Below, one piece after another: positions 25,915-39,500 of a stretch of 64,000 bases of DNA. The position numbers were made by a program, and so were the translations under genes. This DNA comes from Lobosporangium transversale (lineage: Eukaryota). The stretch covers positions 682,001 to 746,000 of the forward strand of contig NW_019028991.1 of the NCBI RefSeq assembly GCF_002105155.1. The letters run 5' to 3'. Each line of letters opens with the position of its first letter. The first letter of the stretch is position 1. The notes beneath the pieces were generated by a model. That model did no database searches. It was given only the letters and a program-made list of their open reading frames with translations, and was not told the origin of the DNA.

Positions 25915-27869
25915 GATTATGCGTTTAGACTTTTTCAGAATGGAGATTTAATAGGAATAGGGGCATATAAAGAATGTTTTCGTAATAAATAAAGGTAAGA
26001 GGAGAAGTGGTAAGTGAGTAGCTGAGCAGCCCTTGTAGAATACTGATGGCGAAAATCAAAGAAGGTAGAATACGAGCTGTACTAATATGAAAGAGTGTAG
26101 ATGGCAGTGCTGTGACCGATCGTCATTGGCTTCCTTATTTGGTACCTTAATCCCAAAACAGCGGAAATCAAAACAAAAAGCGTTGGTAGAAAAGTGCGTT
26201 GACTCTGTCATCAAAGATTCAGCAAAAAAGAAAACCTTTCTGATGGGTTGTGGCAGTGAAGAGGCCAGACATGGACTCTGCGGCCATTATCTTCACCAAG
26301 ACATTTAAAATGGAGTGCCCTGGAGTTCGCATGTTTTGTTTATTCAGTACAATGCAAATATCACGAGTTTTTATTTGTAATTAACATTCAAAACTCAATT
26401 TCTATTCTTGTCTCCAAACAAAGCTTTGCAGCCACTCGTCTCGCACTTTTGGTGAAAACAATTTAGAGTTCGCACTGCCACCTTTTGGAGATCTTGCTTC
26501 TGTGCTGGAATGTCTCTCAGTGGCAATGTATATAAATTTCATAGACATATTATCCTGTGGACCATCTGTGGACATTTGCACGCACATTTGTACAGAAAGA
26601 TCTGAACCTTGCGCCAAATCAGATCTCTCCAACTAAAGTCCCCAGCCCAATGTGTTCCTAGCTAAAAAAGATAGTTCTAACCCGGTGCGCTAGAAGAAGT
26701 GTTTTCGTGCTTAAGATGTTAAAAACGTGCTTACAGCGTTCGTTGCACACGCTGCAATCGAACTAATATCTATTTGGTTAGCTCACTTTCTAGAAACCAG
26801 TTTGTAGATTTCATGGCCAAAGCCTGCCTTACTTGGAATAGGTTCTGAACTCGAATGCCATTGATGCTGTCTCAAGCATCTTAATTAATACACAGTTATC
26901 GAGAAAGTCGGCCCCTCTAGCGCTTACTTTCTCCAGCACCACGGAAAATAGAGATGGATAATAAATAAAAAGAACTCCTATGTTTTTCGCTCATGAAAGG
27001 CAGGACTGCATCGCGTCTTTTAAAGCGAATAAAGGTATAGTAAAGCATCAGGTTCAGTATAGAGAGGATCATCTTCCAAGCTCAGCAGTATTTTCATCAG
27101 CAGAAGGCAAAATGAGCGATAAACTAAGGAGAAAGGTATCTTTTAGTTAATTTAGACGTGACGAAGGCAAGGAAGTAAATACCTAGCGGTGAACCATATA
27201 AGAATTCTAAAGCAGGTATGAAATAACAGCAACAAGAGTTTCAATGGCAGAAATTAAATAGAGGCTCTGTTCAAAGGTAGTTCTCATTGTAAGATAAAAG
27301 GCTGAGGGGAAAGCATTGCAGTGGGCTTCATGAAGGGAACAATGGTACTTATCAAGCTCACAATAACTGGTACATCCAAAACATCAAAAACTTACTATGA
27401 GCTTGGGCGGAGCATGGGCGCTTATATGGGGCTTGGGATGTACGTAGCTGCATTTGAGCTTTATTAGCCTACCAATTCAAATACGGTTCCATGAGGGCAA
27501 CAACAAAAAAAACCCACACTGTCAATGGTAAAGACCTTATAAATGACAGGATGTTGTTCATTTCGGTCATCATTAATTATAGGCTGCTTATTGCCCTAAT
27601 CATTTCTTCCTTGGGAATACCAAGCCCTGTAGTGTGTCTAATGAAATGAAACACGCCCAACAAATGAAACCAGTACTCAGAATAAATGGAATGCCATAAG
27701 TTGATGTACCTGGCCTCGAAAATGTAATGTTTAACGTTTAGAATTCTGATTTTCGGTAGTCCGTTGGATGCAGCATGATTTGCGCCTCGTCTTTCGAATG
27801 CATTTTTTTTTTTAGATTCGGAGTTCTGGTTTGTTACACAGCCACTCGCGCACGCACCCACAGATCAGA

Positions 27870-27876
27870 TATAAAA
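27870..27876 (+). promoter_or_regulatory. Putative TATA box of the subtilisin gene
   Basis: TATAAAA followed by a pyrimidine-rich leader, ~250 bp upstream of ATG 28121. Confidence 0.5.
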
Positions 27877-28120
27877 AGGACCTTGTTTCTCTCATATTTT
27901 CATTCAACTTATCATTTCTTTCTACTCCGATCGACTTGTTTCTGATCTTCATATTCTTGTCCTAACTTCGTCATCTATTCAATTACCGCTATTGACCCCT
28001 TTATAATCACTTTACCCTTTACCTTTATCATTAGAGAAGACCTCATTAGAGAGGCCGTTATTTTTAGTGCACACATTTCGCCACCCAATCATCAATCCAG
28101 ATATTACTTAGCCTGGAAAA

Positions 28121-30829
28121 ATGAAAACCCTCAACACTATTGTCTCGGTGCTCACAGCTGCGGCTCTCGTCTCTGCTGGGACATATCACGGCTTTGATCC
28201 TATGTCATCACCATTAGACACAACCGTTGCTCGCGGCTTCATCATTGAGTATGAGGATGGAGTCATGCACTCTAACGCCTACTCATCCTTGGATGATCAT
28301 CAAGTTTCCTATAAGGTCAGGAATGAGTATGGCATCTTCAATGGTGTAGCTATTTCTGTCCTCTCAGCCCATGATGGCAACGATTTAGCAGTCATCCCCA
28401 CTATCAAAAATGTCTGGCCGATCCGTTTATACTCAATTCCAAAGCCTCGCCCTTCTGCCATCAATGCTACGGACCCAGCAGCAGCCTCCTACCACTCTAT
28501 GACAGGCGTTGATATTGTCCACCGTAAGCTGAAGTTGACAGGTAGAGGCGTCAAAATTGGGGTGATCGATTCTGGCATCGATTACAACCACCCAGCCTTC
28601 GCAGCCCGTGGTGCCACCAAGGGGTGCTTTGGGAAGAACTGCCGTATTGCGTATGGATGGGATTTTGCAGGGGATGAGTACAATGGTGGCAACGAGCCCA
28701 CGCCTGGGCCAAATCCTATGGACTGCCAAGGCCATGGCACACATGTTGCAGGTATTATCGGAGCGGATGCTCTGAACATCAAGTCCAGCCTTAAGCCTCC
28801 ACAGCCATTTGTAGGCGTGGCACCTGAGGTGACTTTGGGCGCGTATCGTGTCTTTGGGTGTACAGGTAGTACCACAGATGATCTAATCATGGCTGCAATG
28901 GAGCGCGCATACCACGACGGTATGGATGTAAGTTGGAAAAAAAAAAGACTGCATACATTTTTGTGACACAAACAAATACAAACAAATACAAACAAACCTT
29001 TTTTTTTTTTTGTCATATCATAGCTGATCAATATGTCCTTAGGCGGAGGATCGGCTTTCAAAAGTAATCCACCAGCTGTGCTTGGCGATAAACTGATTGC
29101 TAGAGGGATGGCCATTATTGTAGCAGCTGGTAACGATGGAGAACATGGTGTCTGGATGGTCTCAGACTCAAGCCTTGGTGATCTCTCTACTTCTGTGGGC
29201 TCCTTTGATAACATTGTTGGTACTTATGCTTACTTCACATACGCTGGAGGTAGATACTCTTATGTGCCTTCAGATGCCTATGGCAAGGCCATCAACCTCC
29301 CTATTTCTGCCACTTTAGTCCCTGTGCTCCATCAGAACGGTACACTTGCGGACGGATGCAACGCGGACGCATACGGAGGCTTAAATGTCAAGGGGAAGGT
29401 TGTCCTCGTCCTCGGAGATCTCGCCCGCTGCAAGTCTGGTGACCGCGGTACGATCGCCAAAGAGGCTGGTGCAGCTGGCATTCTGATTCAGACCATCCCT
29501 TTTGGCTTGGGAGGCGTCGGTGGCATCCCGGAGTTCCCTATGGCATCCATTGAATACAAGACCGGCACAGAGCTGATCGCCGCTTACAAACAAGACTCTC
29601 AACACAGGCTCACTTGGAGTAAGACACCAGCCAGCTTCTGGGTCGAGGGCGGCGGTCGACCATCAAGCTTCTCTTCCCTTGGTGTGGATGGTGATCTACG
29701 ATCCAAGCCCGATGTTTCGGCTCCTGGTGGGAACATCTTATCGGCTTTCCCTCTCAAATTGGGGGGATACAAAGTCATGTCTGGTACCTCTATGGCTGCA
29801 CCTTACTTCGCCGGCGCACATGCTCTCTACATCCAAGCAAAGAAAACCAAACCACGTGGTGATGATGTTCGCAAGGTCTTCAAGAACACAGCTACTTTCT
29901 TCAAGGATCCGATCACAAACACTTACACTTCGGCTGCAAAGCAAGGTGCTGGTCTGCTCAATGTATTTAATGCCCTTACTGCCACATCCTCCATTACACC
30001 AGATCACATAGACCTTCTGGACACAAGCCATCTCCAAAGAACAGTCCAGATTACTCTTAGCAACCATGGCAAGGGTACAGAGACTTACACCTTATCGCAT
30101 GTACCAGCTGATGCCCTCAACTCGTACCCAGGAAACAATACATTCCCTCTGCTACAGCCAGTCCTTGAGGCTGACTATGCATCCGTCACATTTTCGACCA
30201 CGTCGGTCAGGATTCCAGCAGGCAGGTCTGCAACCGTCACTATTCGATTCCGCGAGCCTGCTGCCGGGAAGAGCTCTCAATTCCCATTGTACTCTGGTTA
30301 CCTCACTGCGACCCCTACGTCCAAGGACGGTATTCCTATCAGCATTCCTTATATCGGCCTCAAAGGAGATGTTTCTCAGGTCCCAATCATGGATACTAGC
30401 CTTGGGTTCCCGGCCTTGAGTGCTTTGGATGTCGCGACTGGTAACCTGACCGATGTCTCGAAAAAAGGCGATTATCTCTTTGACCTCACATCCATGAAGC
30501 CTGTGGTCTTGACTCGTCTGGGCTCGCATACGCCTTCAGGGGAGATCCGTATTTATGACTCCCAGAATGTCTTCAGAGGGTACCTTAGCTCAAAGACTGG
30601 TACAGCTTACGGCCCCTTGGGTAGGCACAAGATGGTAGATGATCAAGGTAATCTTGTCTTTACGTCGAGAATATGGGAAGGCCAGGTTATGGAGTCCAAG
30701 ACCTCAACGGTACCTGTCAAACTACCTGCTGGTGTCTATAGAATTGTTGTTGCTTCTCAGAGGAAGTTGACTAAGGGCGTATACCCTAAAGACTATGAAG
30801 TGTTCGAGATTGGTAAAGTCCAGATCTAA
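28121..30829 (+). CDS. Secreted subtilisin S8 (C5a-peptidase-like) with propeptide, PA and Fn3-like domains; intron ~28928-29023
   Basis: Catalytic motifs IDSGID, HGTHVAG and SGTSMA; oxyanion AAGNDG; PA insert (GKVVLV..C..AKEAGA); QGAGL. Confidence 0.93.
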
Positions 30830-31144
30830 AGGGGAACCGCGAAGGCGAGAAAAGAGAGAGAGAAGTGAATAGATTTATGTGTTTATTATTGTATCTTCTT
30901 TACCGTATCCACCTACATTGTATATATATTTGCATCTATTGTACACAAATAAAGAGAAAATATACATGAATTCAATGCATTCGCAATCATCAACAGTCAT
31001 ATGTTGTTGGAATAAAGGATATACTTGTAACCTATTATGAAGTATAGAAAAATAAAGAACATGCTGGACAAGCCTCACAGCAAAGGAAGTTTCCATAATT
31101 TGCTCCGCGCGTATTCAAACCTCAAAGAGTTGCTACTTCAAAGA

Positions 31145-31175
<31 letters not shown>

Positions 31176-32612
31176 CATAGTATGCATAGCATACTCAGTG
31201 TCCTTGGAGCCCACATTGATATAAACCGCTTCTTTGAATACAATTCAAAGATGGGCGTAGTTCTCTGAGAGCTGTCAGAGCAGGTAACTCTCTTAAAGAT
31301 ACTATGCATACTGAAGCGAAGACCCCATTAAGCTGAACTGAGCCGATTCCAAAGCTGCGTGCCTAATAAATATTATGTTATCAGGATGCGGACGGCTACT
31401 TTCCTGCCAGTTACGAAAGCTTCTGCGGATTTTCATGGCTCATATGGCACCTGTGTCGAGTTGCGGCTCCTCGTATTGTTTGATTTGGTGAACTAAAAGG
31501 GTCATATTCGGAGTGACGTATATTGGTGTATATAAATTTTACCAACGTTCACCTCTTCATCTCCCTCAGCCTGCGGGGCTTCAGCTTCAAATAATGTAAG
31601 CCAAAGTTCAAGGTATATTCGAACATTCCACTGCTGGAACCAGTTACCTCAAGTACTAGCGCACCACTAATTGTCCCCATTACTCTTACTATCTCACTTC
31701 TCAATCTCATTCGCTAGGTAGGCATCATTCCAATAGGCGCGCAGGTCCTTTTTCAGGCGTGCGATTCCCGCAAGAACCTGATGTCGTCAAGGAAGAATTG
31801 ACTAAGGATGCAACAAGGAGTCTATAATTAATGATAATCAAAAAAGACAATGCCCCATCGCCCATAAGTGGCCTTTCCGGAAGCAGTATGGCAATGTTGA
31901 GAAGCACCTTGGCTTCATTGCTGGTCTCTTGGCACCAAAACTTGAAAGCTGGTAATCAATTGCCAAAGTTTTGGGCTCTAGCTGCTATTTTGTAGCATTG
32001 TCACATGATTAACTTCATGCTAAGCCCAACCTTGTACTACATGTTTCAGGCCAGTATTAAAGCATTAATCTGTTCCTGACTACTTACTACCTCTCAATCT
32101 ACACTCCTTTCTTTCTTTTCTTTTCTTTTTGAGTAAAAAAAAAAAGTTTCTTCGCCATATCCTAATAGTACCACAATTCGATTTTGATGAATGTCATATC
32201 AGCATCACTTTGAACTCTTTGGCATGTGGTAGCTCTTCTTAGCCATTTTTCTCGAGTTGTGAAAATATTCGCTTAATCTCGCATTGTCGCACACCAGAAA
32301 CCATTTCCACATTTTCAAGGAGTCGATAGATCTTTCTATCCATCTGAATCTGATTTACTTTGATCTAGGTGATGATCTTGAGGAACCAATTAGAATATGC
32401 GGCCGATATCAAACGCAGATAAAGATAGACCTGTTATGAGAAGACTGAACTCACAAATGAGGGCGGAGGCGACAAAAGGCCGAAGAAGTGAAGGAAGTGA
32501 AAAGATCAAAAAAAAAAAAAAAAAAAAAAAAAAGCCAATGAAATAAATAGAAAATAAAGAGGTCAGAAATAAATAAATAAATGGAGTGTATACGCGTGCA
32601 AATGCAGGGTCT

Positions 32613-32646
<34 letters not shown>

Positions 32647-33292
32647 GAAAAAAAGTGTGGAAATGGCATTCCTTTTCACATCGCTATTTCTAAACTTTAA
32701 ACCAGGTGCGGAAGTATTTTTGTTTTGGATCTCTTCCTTATCTTTTCGATCGCAAGGAAATGTGGAAAAAAAAAAACAAAGAAAAAAAAAAAAAAAAAAA
32801 AAAAAGAAAAAGGTCGCAAGGGAATATCGGAAGAAAAGGAAACTAAACGGAGGAAAAGAGAGAAGGACAAAATGGGGTCTTTTTATGCTCCAAACCAGAG
32901 TCGAATCTTTGTGGAAACCTCAAAGGCGAACAAGGCTATAACTATGTTCCATAAACCTCTGCCCCCCCTCATTTTTATTTCTTTCTTCTTCCCTTTTACT
33001 CTGTGTACCAGAAGAGATGTACATTAATGTCTGTGTAACCACATACTCACTAAATATACCCTGTAGGGTGGTATGGTCAGTCAAGAACAGTATAAATATT
33101 TGTGAACACTTTAAGAATGTTGTAAACCATCTGGTTGCTTCTCTCTAGATACACCCCTCTTCTTCTTCCTCAAGGAATGCGCAATCATTTTGTTTCTACA
33201 TACTTCTTATAAATCACATCATACGTGCCTCCTTGACTTTGTTCTGCCCACATTTCTCTTCAACCTTTCTGCTCTTAAAAAAGAAAGTCAAG

Positions 33293-33760
33293 ATGGACAA
33301 GGGTACTTTATATTACTTTGACATCACCACTGGTGATCCCCTCTTCTCCGGTAATCACAAGATCACAGAAGATGGGGCCTTCTATGAAGTCGAGTGCGTC
33401 CTGTCTATCAACAAAGAGGACGGTCAAGAGGTCAATAATATCGTTACAGATATGGGTCTACACCCAATCCGGTTGACAAAGATAGCCTACAACAATTACT
33501 TGCTCAATTACTTGAAGAAATTGCGCCAAACAGGTCTCTTCAAAGAAAATCGAGGCCTTGAGGTCGAGGTGAAGGTCGCTATGATCCAGATGACCATCAA
33601 TTTCGACCATACCTCTTTCTTTACCACACAGAGAAGCATAGATATCGCCCAAGAACCTGATTTCGACAAATGGGGGAGTATCATGCCTTTGAGGACACGA
33701 AGCGATGGTTCAAAGTACTTTACAGTGCTAAGGGACGCGATCGAGGCTAGGGCGTACTAA
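33293..33760 (+). CDS. Divergent TCTP (translationally controlled tumour protein)-like protein, intronless
   Basis: YYFDITTGDPLFS ~ IYKDIxxGDELxS; YEVEC; EVNNIV..L; YNNYLLNYLKKL ~ YxxYxKxYMK; FFT; R.DG..YF....AI. TATA-like TATAAATA at ~33090. Confidence 0.75.
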   Translation: MDKGTLYYFDITTGDPLFSGNHKITEDGAFYEVECVLSINKEDGQEVNNIVTDMGLHPIRLTKIAYNNYLLNYLKKLRQTGLFKENRGLEVEVKVAMIQMTINFDHTSFFTTQRSIDIAQEPDFDKWGSIMPLRTRSDGSKYFTVLRDAIEARAY

Positions 33761-34000
33761 ATGTCTAATGAATGTAGCAATAGCATTTATCAATAGTCAT
33801 TGCAAAAAAATAAAAAATAAAAATAAAAAAGACAGACCCTATTCAAAACAATGAGATGGCTGCAAAGTGACACAAAAACCAAGATTAGACACATTGGACA
33901 TTAGCTGAGGGAGAGTGATTTTGATCAATAGTAAATTGCATTTGCTTGGTCTTTATTTTTTATTATTATTATTTTTTTTTTTCCTGAATCGTTTGGGTAC

Positions 34001-35580
34001 TCATTTTGGTATCGTTGGATTTGCGCGCTCTACTTCTCCTGAATGGTCTGGAGTCTCAGGCCTGGGAACTGGTGTAAGCATGATAGCGGGACTCCTGTCA
34101 GCGTTGGAGGGGAGATCTGACCCTCGATGGTAAAGTGGAGGAGGGTCAGTTTCTCGGATGACAGACACCCCATCCACTGTTACACCCATCCTTGAACTTG
34201 GGCCCATACCTGTACGTTGACTTGCGCCCCAGCGCCATCGTCGCGCAAATATTAAAGTCGATTGGAAAGGATGATCTGTGATCACAAAGCCCTCTGAAGT
34301 TTCTGATTACACCGGTATTATTGCATTCAAGTCTTGAAAGCCCCTCATGTCTGCTGACGCTGTTGCTGTGGCTTGTGTATCTACAGCTGTCGATGCTATA
34401 GCATCAGAACCACGCGTCTGGAGCAGAAACAGCAGTAGGTAAACAAGCAACGTGTTTCTGTCCAAAACGTAATCTTTTGGGACAATGTCCGATGATCTGT
34501 TTCGCCATTCAAAAGAGTCAGCTGTTGGAGCCGCCTCTTTCTGAATTGCCAACATCCAGTATCAACAGAGATCCCGACTAAAAGTCCGATGAGTAAATCA
34601 TCTCGTTTCCCCCAAGCGTGGGCATTGTTTCTATCATCATCTACATTACCTTCATTATCACCAGGGTCCACTTGCGAGCGTGGGTTCATACATAGGCCGT
34701 AGAGGATGGGATTAGTAGATGCAGCTTTTGTTTTCCGACAAACATAGGGGGACTGACAGTCCATGCCGGGTCCACATGTGTGAAGGAAACACGATCCTTG
34801 GATAGCATACTCCCACTTTTTACATGTCGTTGATGATTTTCGTAGGCCTGGGAATTGAGCAACACAAGATTGGGTATATCTGAGCCCATCTCCATATTCG
34901 TTTGTGTTGCCACTGCTATCACCACTGGGAAGTGATGGCCCAAAGAGCGAGAAGTGGTCTCCTATTAAACAGTTGGAGCTACTGTTTCGGTTGATTTTGC
35001 CGACCCCTGGTGCAGGCAAATGGAGGAAGTCACTGACATAACAGAGCTGACCTTGGCAACTGATAGGATCCTTTGTAGATCCGGGATCTGTAATGTCCAT
35101 ACAGGAGTTTACGTCAGAAGTGCTACTGTTATTATTAGAGGAGATGGTCATATTTGTTACTGTTGGTGTCGGTGCCCCACAGAGTAAGGAAGTAGGGACA
35201 CATTGGGTGTTTTTAAAACATGTCAGGCCCAGTGTGTTGTTGAGTGAACATCTCTTGCACCGCTGAGGAAATGGAGGGTAGCCAGGAGGAGGAGAATATG
35301 ATGTAGGCTGCGTATTGGTAGAGTTTGTGGATGCGGGTGCAATTATGGCAGCTGATGCCCTCGAACAGAGGCAGTCAATAGGCGGGGGGCGGTTGTTGTG
35401 GCTGTAGGGATATCTCTTTTTTCAAGGAGCGAAAAGATTATTTTTGGGAACGTTGTAGTTGTTGCAGTTGTTGCAGTTGTTGCAGTTGTTGCGGTCTGTC
35501 AAGGACTGACAAAGGGTTTGCAAGGAAAGGTAAGTGAATGAATAACAAGAATGATAATGAGCTGAGAACTAGAATGGATT
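34001..35580 (-). pseudogene. Pseudogene of a secreted Cys-rich single-pass membrane protein
   Basis: Signal-like segment and LEKR site lie in different frames from the Cys-rich ectodomain (C..WEY...CF...C...C..PY.C). The TM looks truncated (LLIGLLVGISVDTGCWQFRKRR). An in-frame TAA at 34307-34309 precedes the PPPLY tail. Confidence 0.6.
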
Positions 35581-36596
35581 CACGAATAGTTTTATTGCAG
35601 ACTGAGGTTTACTATGTTACAAATCTATCATATTTATACTTGTTTGACTGAAGCGGAGACGCGCTTCAAGAACTCTAAATAAAGCTTACTCAAATATTTC
35701 CTAAGGACTTTTACCATATGCGGAACTTCAAGTGTTGAGTTAACTTAATACACAGGATCCGAGGAAGATATCTGGTGCAATCTTATTTCAAGGTTCCTTG
35801 GCACTATAAGCCTTGGTTATTGGTTTATAGCTCTTCTAGAATCCTTGGAGCTATTCACGGAGCTAGAAAACTAGGAGACGCGACTTGGCTTGACAGGCAA
35901 ACTATGCATGGAGGAATGAGTGAAGGAAATGAGCGGAACAAATTAATCAAGCACACGTGATCTTTTTCAGATTCGAATCAGACAAAAGTCATTCATCAAT
36001 TCATGAGCTAGACATTGCTTGCTGTTCGTGACACGGTCGTAATGGCATAATGTTGAGATGCAATAAAGAGCAGGAGAGTGAATAAATAGATTCTTACATG
36101 GGAATGGGGTTGAATTTTAAATTGTGCATGTGCATCCATCCAAGGACGAGGCAACAGGTGTCCCGAAGGGGGCATTACAGAGGGTCAAAGATGAAATATG
36201 TAATTGACAATTTAAAAAGCCATTAAAGGTTTTATTGTCAGTGCATTATTGCGAGTATTGCTGCAGATGAAACTTTATTCGGAACAAAGTTTGTCCACAG
36301 GCGCAGTTTATCAAAACAAGAAATGCCTGTTGAGGGATGTGGGATGTGGAGGCGTTTACATAAGCAACTCAAGACTCGATGGAGCATGTGTGTGACATGC
36401 AACTTTTTTTTTTTTTTTTTTTTTCCGATTGAGTTGTTCAGTGAAGGAGTAGTCCACACGATTCAGTTAACCTATTTAGGATTGACGTTAAGGCACACGA
36501 TCCGTGGCCATCCCATGACGATAATATTATTTTGCCACCAAATCACCCTTGTTCACCTCTCTCTCATTCCTTACAATTTGAAAAACATACAATGGA

Positions 36597-39500
36597 ATGG
36601 CCTCGATTCATACACTGGCTTCGGGTGTTGCAGACGAACTACGTGCCTCTTTAGTAGTGCATTCGCTCGAACAGTGTGCTGCGGAGCTTGTACAAAACAG
36701 TACGTTATTTAGTGTACGATGCAGATTGGATACAATAAATACATATTACTTTGAGTCTCATCAAAACCATATACTACTGTCACATATCATTGGATCAAAG
36801 GCATTGATGCCAATGCATCGACGATTGAAGTCAAGGTCGATATCGCTGGTCACAGCCTTCAAGTCTCGGATAATGGGGATGGAATCACTTCAGCAGATAT
36901 GGCACGCATCGGAACACGTTACGCTACCTCCAAGTGTTCTAGCCTTCAAGATCTCAAATGTGTTTCGACCTATGGTTTTCGTGGAGAAGGTATAAAGACG
37001 ATGATGCAACTCATGCAAAACCCTTCCTTTTTTTTTTTTTTCTTCCGCATTCTTATACTCGTCTTGTGAATAATTATAATAATAAAATAAATCGTATTTA
37101 GCTGTTGCTGCCATAGCTGAAATGTCACTTTTGGACATCGTCTCCCGGCCAAGGGAGCAAAATCAAGTGTTTTCAACAATATTCAAGGTATAAAGCTTTT
37201 CTAAATCACGGTCAAGATCCAACAGATTATAGCCACCACCATTAACATTTTTTTCCCTTTCTCTTGTTGATCATTTTAGGGAGGAGAAAAGTTGTTTTGT
37301 GGACCATCCAGCAAATCCCCACGGTATATTCATGGGACAACGATTTCTGTGAGGGATCTTTTCTACAAGGTAATGACCAGCGTATTTTAATACGATATTA
37401 AAGGCACTAGAAGAGTGCTACAGACCCGAGATGCAAGCTACTTAGAACTTTATCATTGTTGACTTCACTCAGTTCCCTGTCAGACAGAGATACTGGTCAG
37501 AAGCCTCGATCTCCAAACTGGATTTAGAGCTAGAAAAAGTCAAGCGCTCAATCGAAGCACTAGCCTTAGCCAACCCAAAGATATCGTTTATAGTTGTGGA
37601 CATGATGCGGGGCAACAAGATTTTAAACTGTCGAAAGGCTGATTCAAGGCTCCACAGGATCACGGCTGTATTTGGTCAGGCTTTATCCTCATCACTCACA
37701 TTTGTGCGATCCAATGCCGAAGACCAAACTTATAGCTTCACTGGATATATCTCGACTGTGGGACATTATAATAGACTGTTTCAGTTTTTTTTTCTGAACA
37801 ATCGACCTATTCAATGCGAGAGCCTGCAAAAGACAGTCACACAGCTCTTTCAGCAATCATCGTTCTCAAAAGACAGTCTCCAACATCACGATGCGGATGT
37901 GAGACGTTCCAGGGAGCGATATCCTGTATATGTACTCTCATTGGTTTGTCCTACAAGTGAATACGACATTTGTGTGGATCCTGCGAAAAGCATGGTAGAA
38001 TTTGAGGTATGCATATGACAATATATTTTTCATAACCACGCAATATTGAGTCATCTAAGATAAAGATAAAAAACTCAATTTACCTCTTTTGATATCCTAG
38101 GATGAAGAAAGAGTGCTTTACTTAGTTAGAGACACCATCATAAGCTTTTTGGAGCGACAGCATCTCTTATCTAGATCGACAGCAGCGACGCTTCGAAGCC
38201 AAACAACTACAAGAAAACGGAAATCGCGCGCAAAGGGTTTAGTAGGGGAAACTTTAGCCCCAATAGAGCATTTCTCTCATGCCAAATCGTCACGTCCAGT
38301 CCGGACTACCAGGACTTACCAAAGGGCTGCTTTAGAAGGCCTTGAAGGGGTTAGCGACACTGCCAGGAGCCAGGAGATTGATGTAGAGGATGAAATTGAA
38401 TTCGAACTAGATTCCGAACGGATAGCTGACATGCTCAATGTAGGATATAAGGAAATTGCAGATGATATGTATTCACTGATATTCAATTGTGTATTTTCCC
38501 GTCTTAATTATATTTATCTATTTATTTTTTTCATTCATTTTTATATTTCTAGGATGACTTTGAGATGAGCGAAATGGAATATAGTAGACGAAGCGGCAGC
38601 AGCATAATGTTGCCTGAGCCTATGAGCAAAAGACCCTGTTCTACTAGGTATGTGCTGAAGATATTTAGAATGAGATACAGCCGTCTCTTGATATGCTCTT
38701 ACACTTACAGCAAATCTGGCCTCCACTTTTTACAGGATCTCACTCCCTCATGTAACAGGTCCACAGTCGAGATCAAACAACACAAGGACTTCTGGGATAT
38801 GGGCGCAGGATGCACTTCGCAAATGGGCTAATCCGGTGTTTTCCACGCCTCCTAGTCATATCCCATCATTACAAACGCTAAAACTCAATGTCGGTCAAGG
38901 AGATACTAAAAAGAGCATGAGTAGGTATTTTAGCACTCACACGGATCAATCGAGCCGTCCTGAGATCAAAAGCCTTCAGCTCTCCAAGAGCTGTTTACAA
39001 CAAGCGCAGGTTGTTGCTCAGTTGGATCGAAAATTTATTTTGTGTACAATGGATGTCCCTGATCCGGCCACAAAACCAGAATTTGATAAAAATAATAGGG
39101 CGAAGAGCCTGGTAGTGGTTGACCAGCATGCAGCAGATGAACGTGTGCGTGTGGAGCGACTGATGAAGGAGATGTGTGTCTGCTCGAGTCTGACGTTCAC
39201 CCCAAGCCTTGAATATCCGATCAATAAGCAGACTGATTCCGAGGCTTCAATTCATCGCCTAGATAGCATGCCCTTGATCCCACCTCTTCCAATTACACTG
39301 AGTAGAAGAGAGTGGAGGTTGGCAGACAGGTACAAGGATTGGCTCTACCGTTGGGGAATAGCTCTTGGCAAAAGCGCTTCACTTCCAAGTATGACCAATT
39401 CCCAGAGCCCTATGCTGAACATGGGAAGACAAGAGCCCGGCATGGAGCAAGGTCAGGGTGAAGCCGCCCTGATTTCCCATCATTTCCAGGATACTCAAGA

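Noticed and set aside
26900..27460. Purine-rich, coding-like remnant between the two proteases
   Set aside because: Stops in the frames examined and no recognisable family.
31200..31960. Possible gene relic (also 42820-43150 and 60700-61005, the last with a GTATGT..TAG intron-like segment)
   Set aside because: Too degraded to assign; would need TBLASTX against relatives.
32657..33027. Lys-rich ORFs (also 1992-2368, 40365-40694, 57225-57446, 59630-60043)
   Set aside because: Generated by poly-A/poly-T tracts, with no protein-like content.
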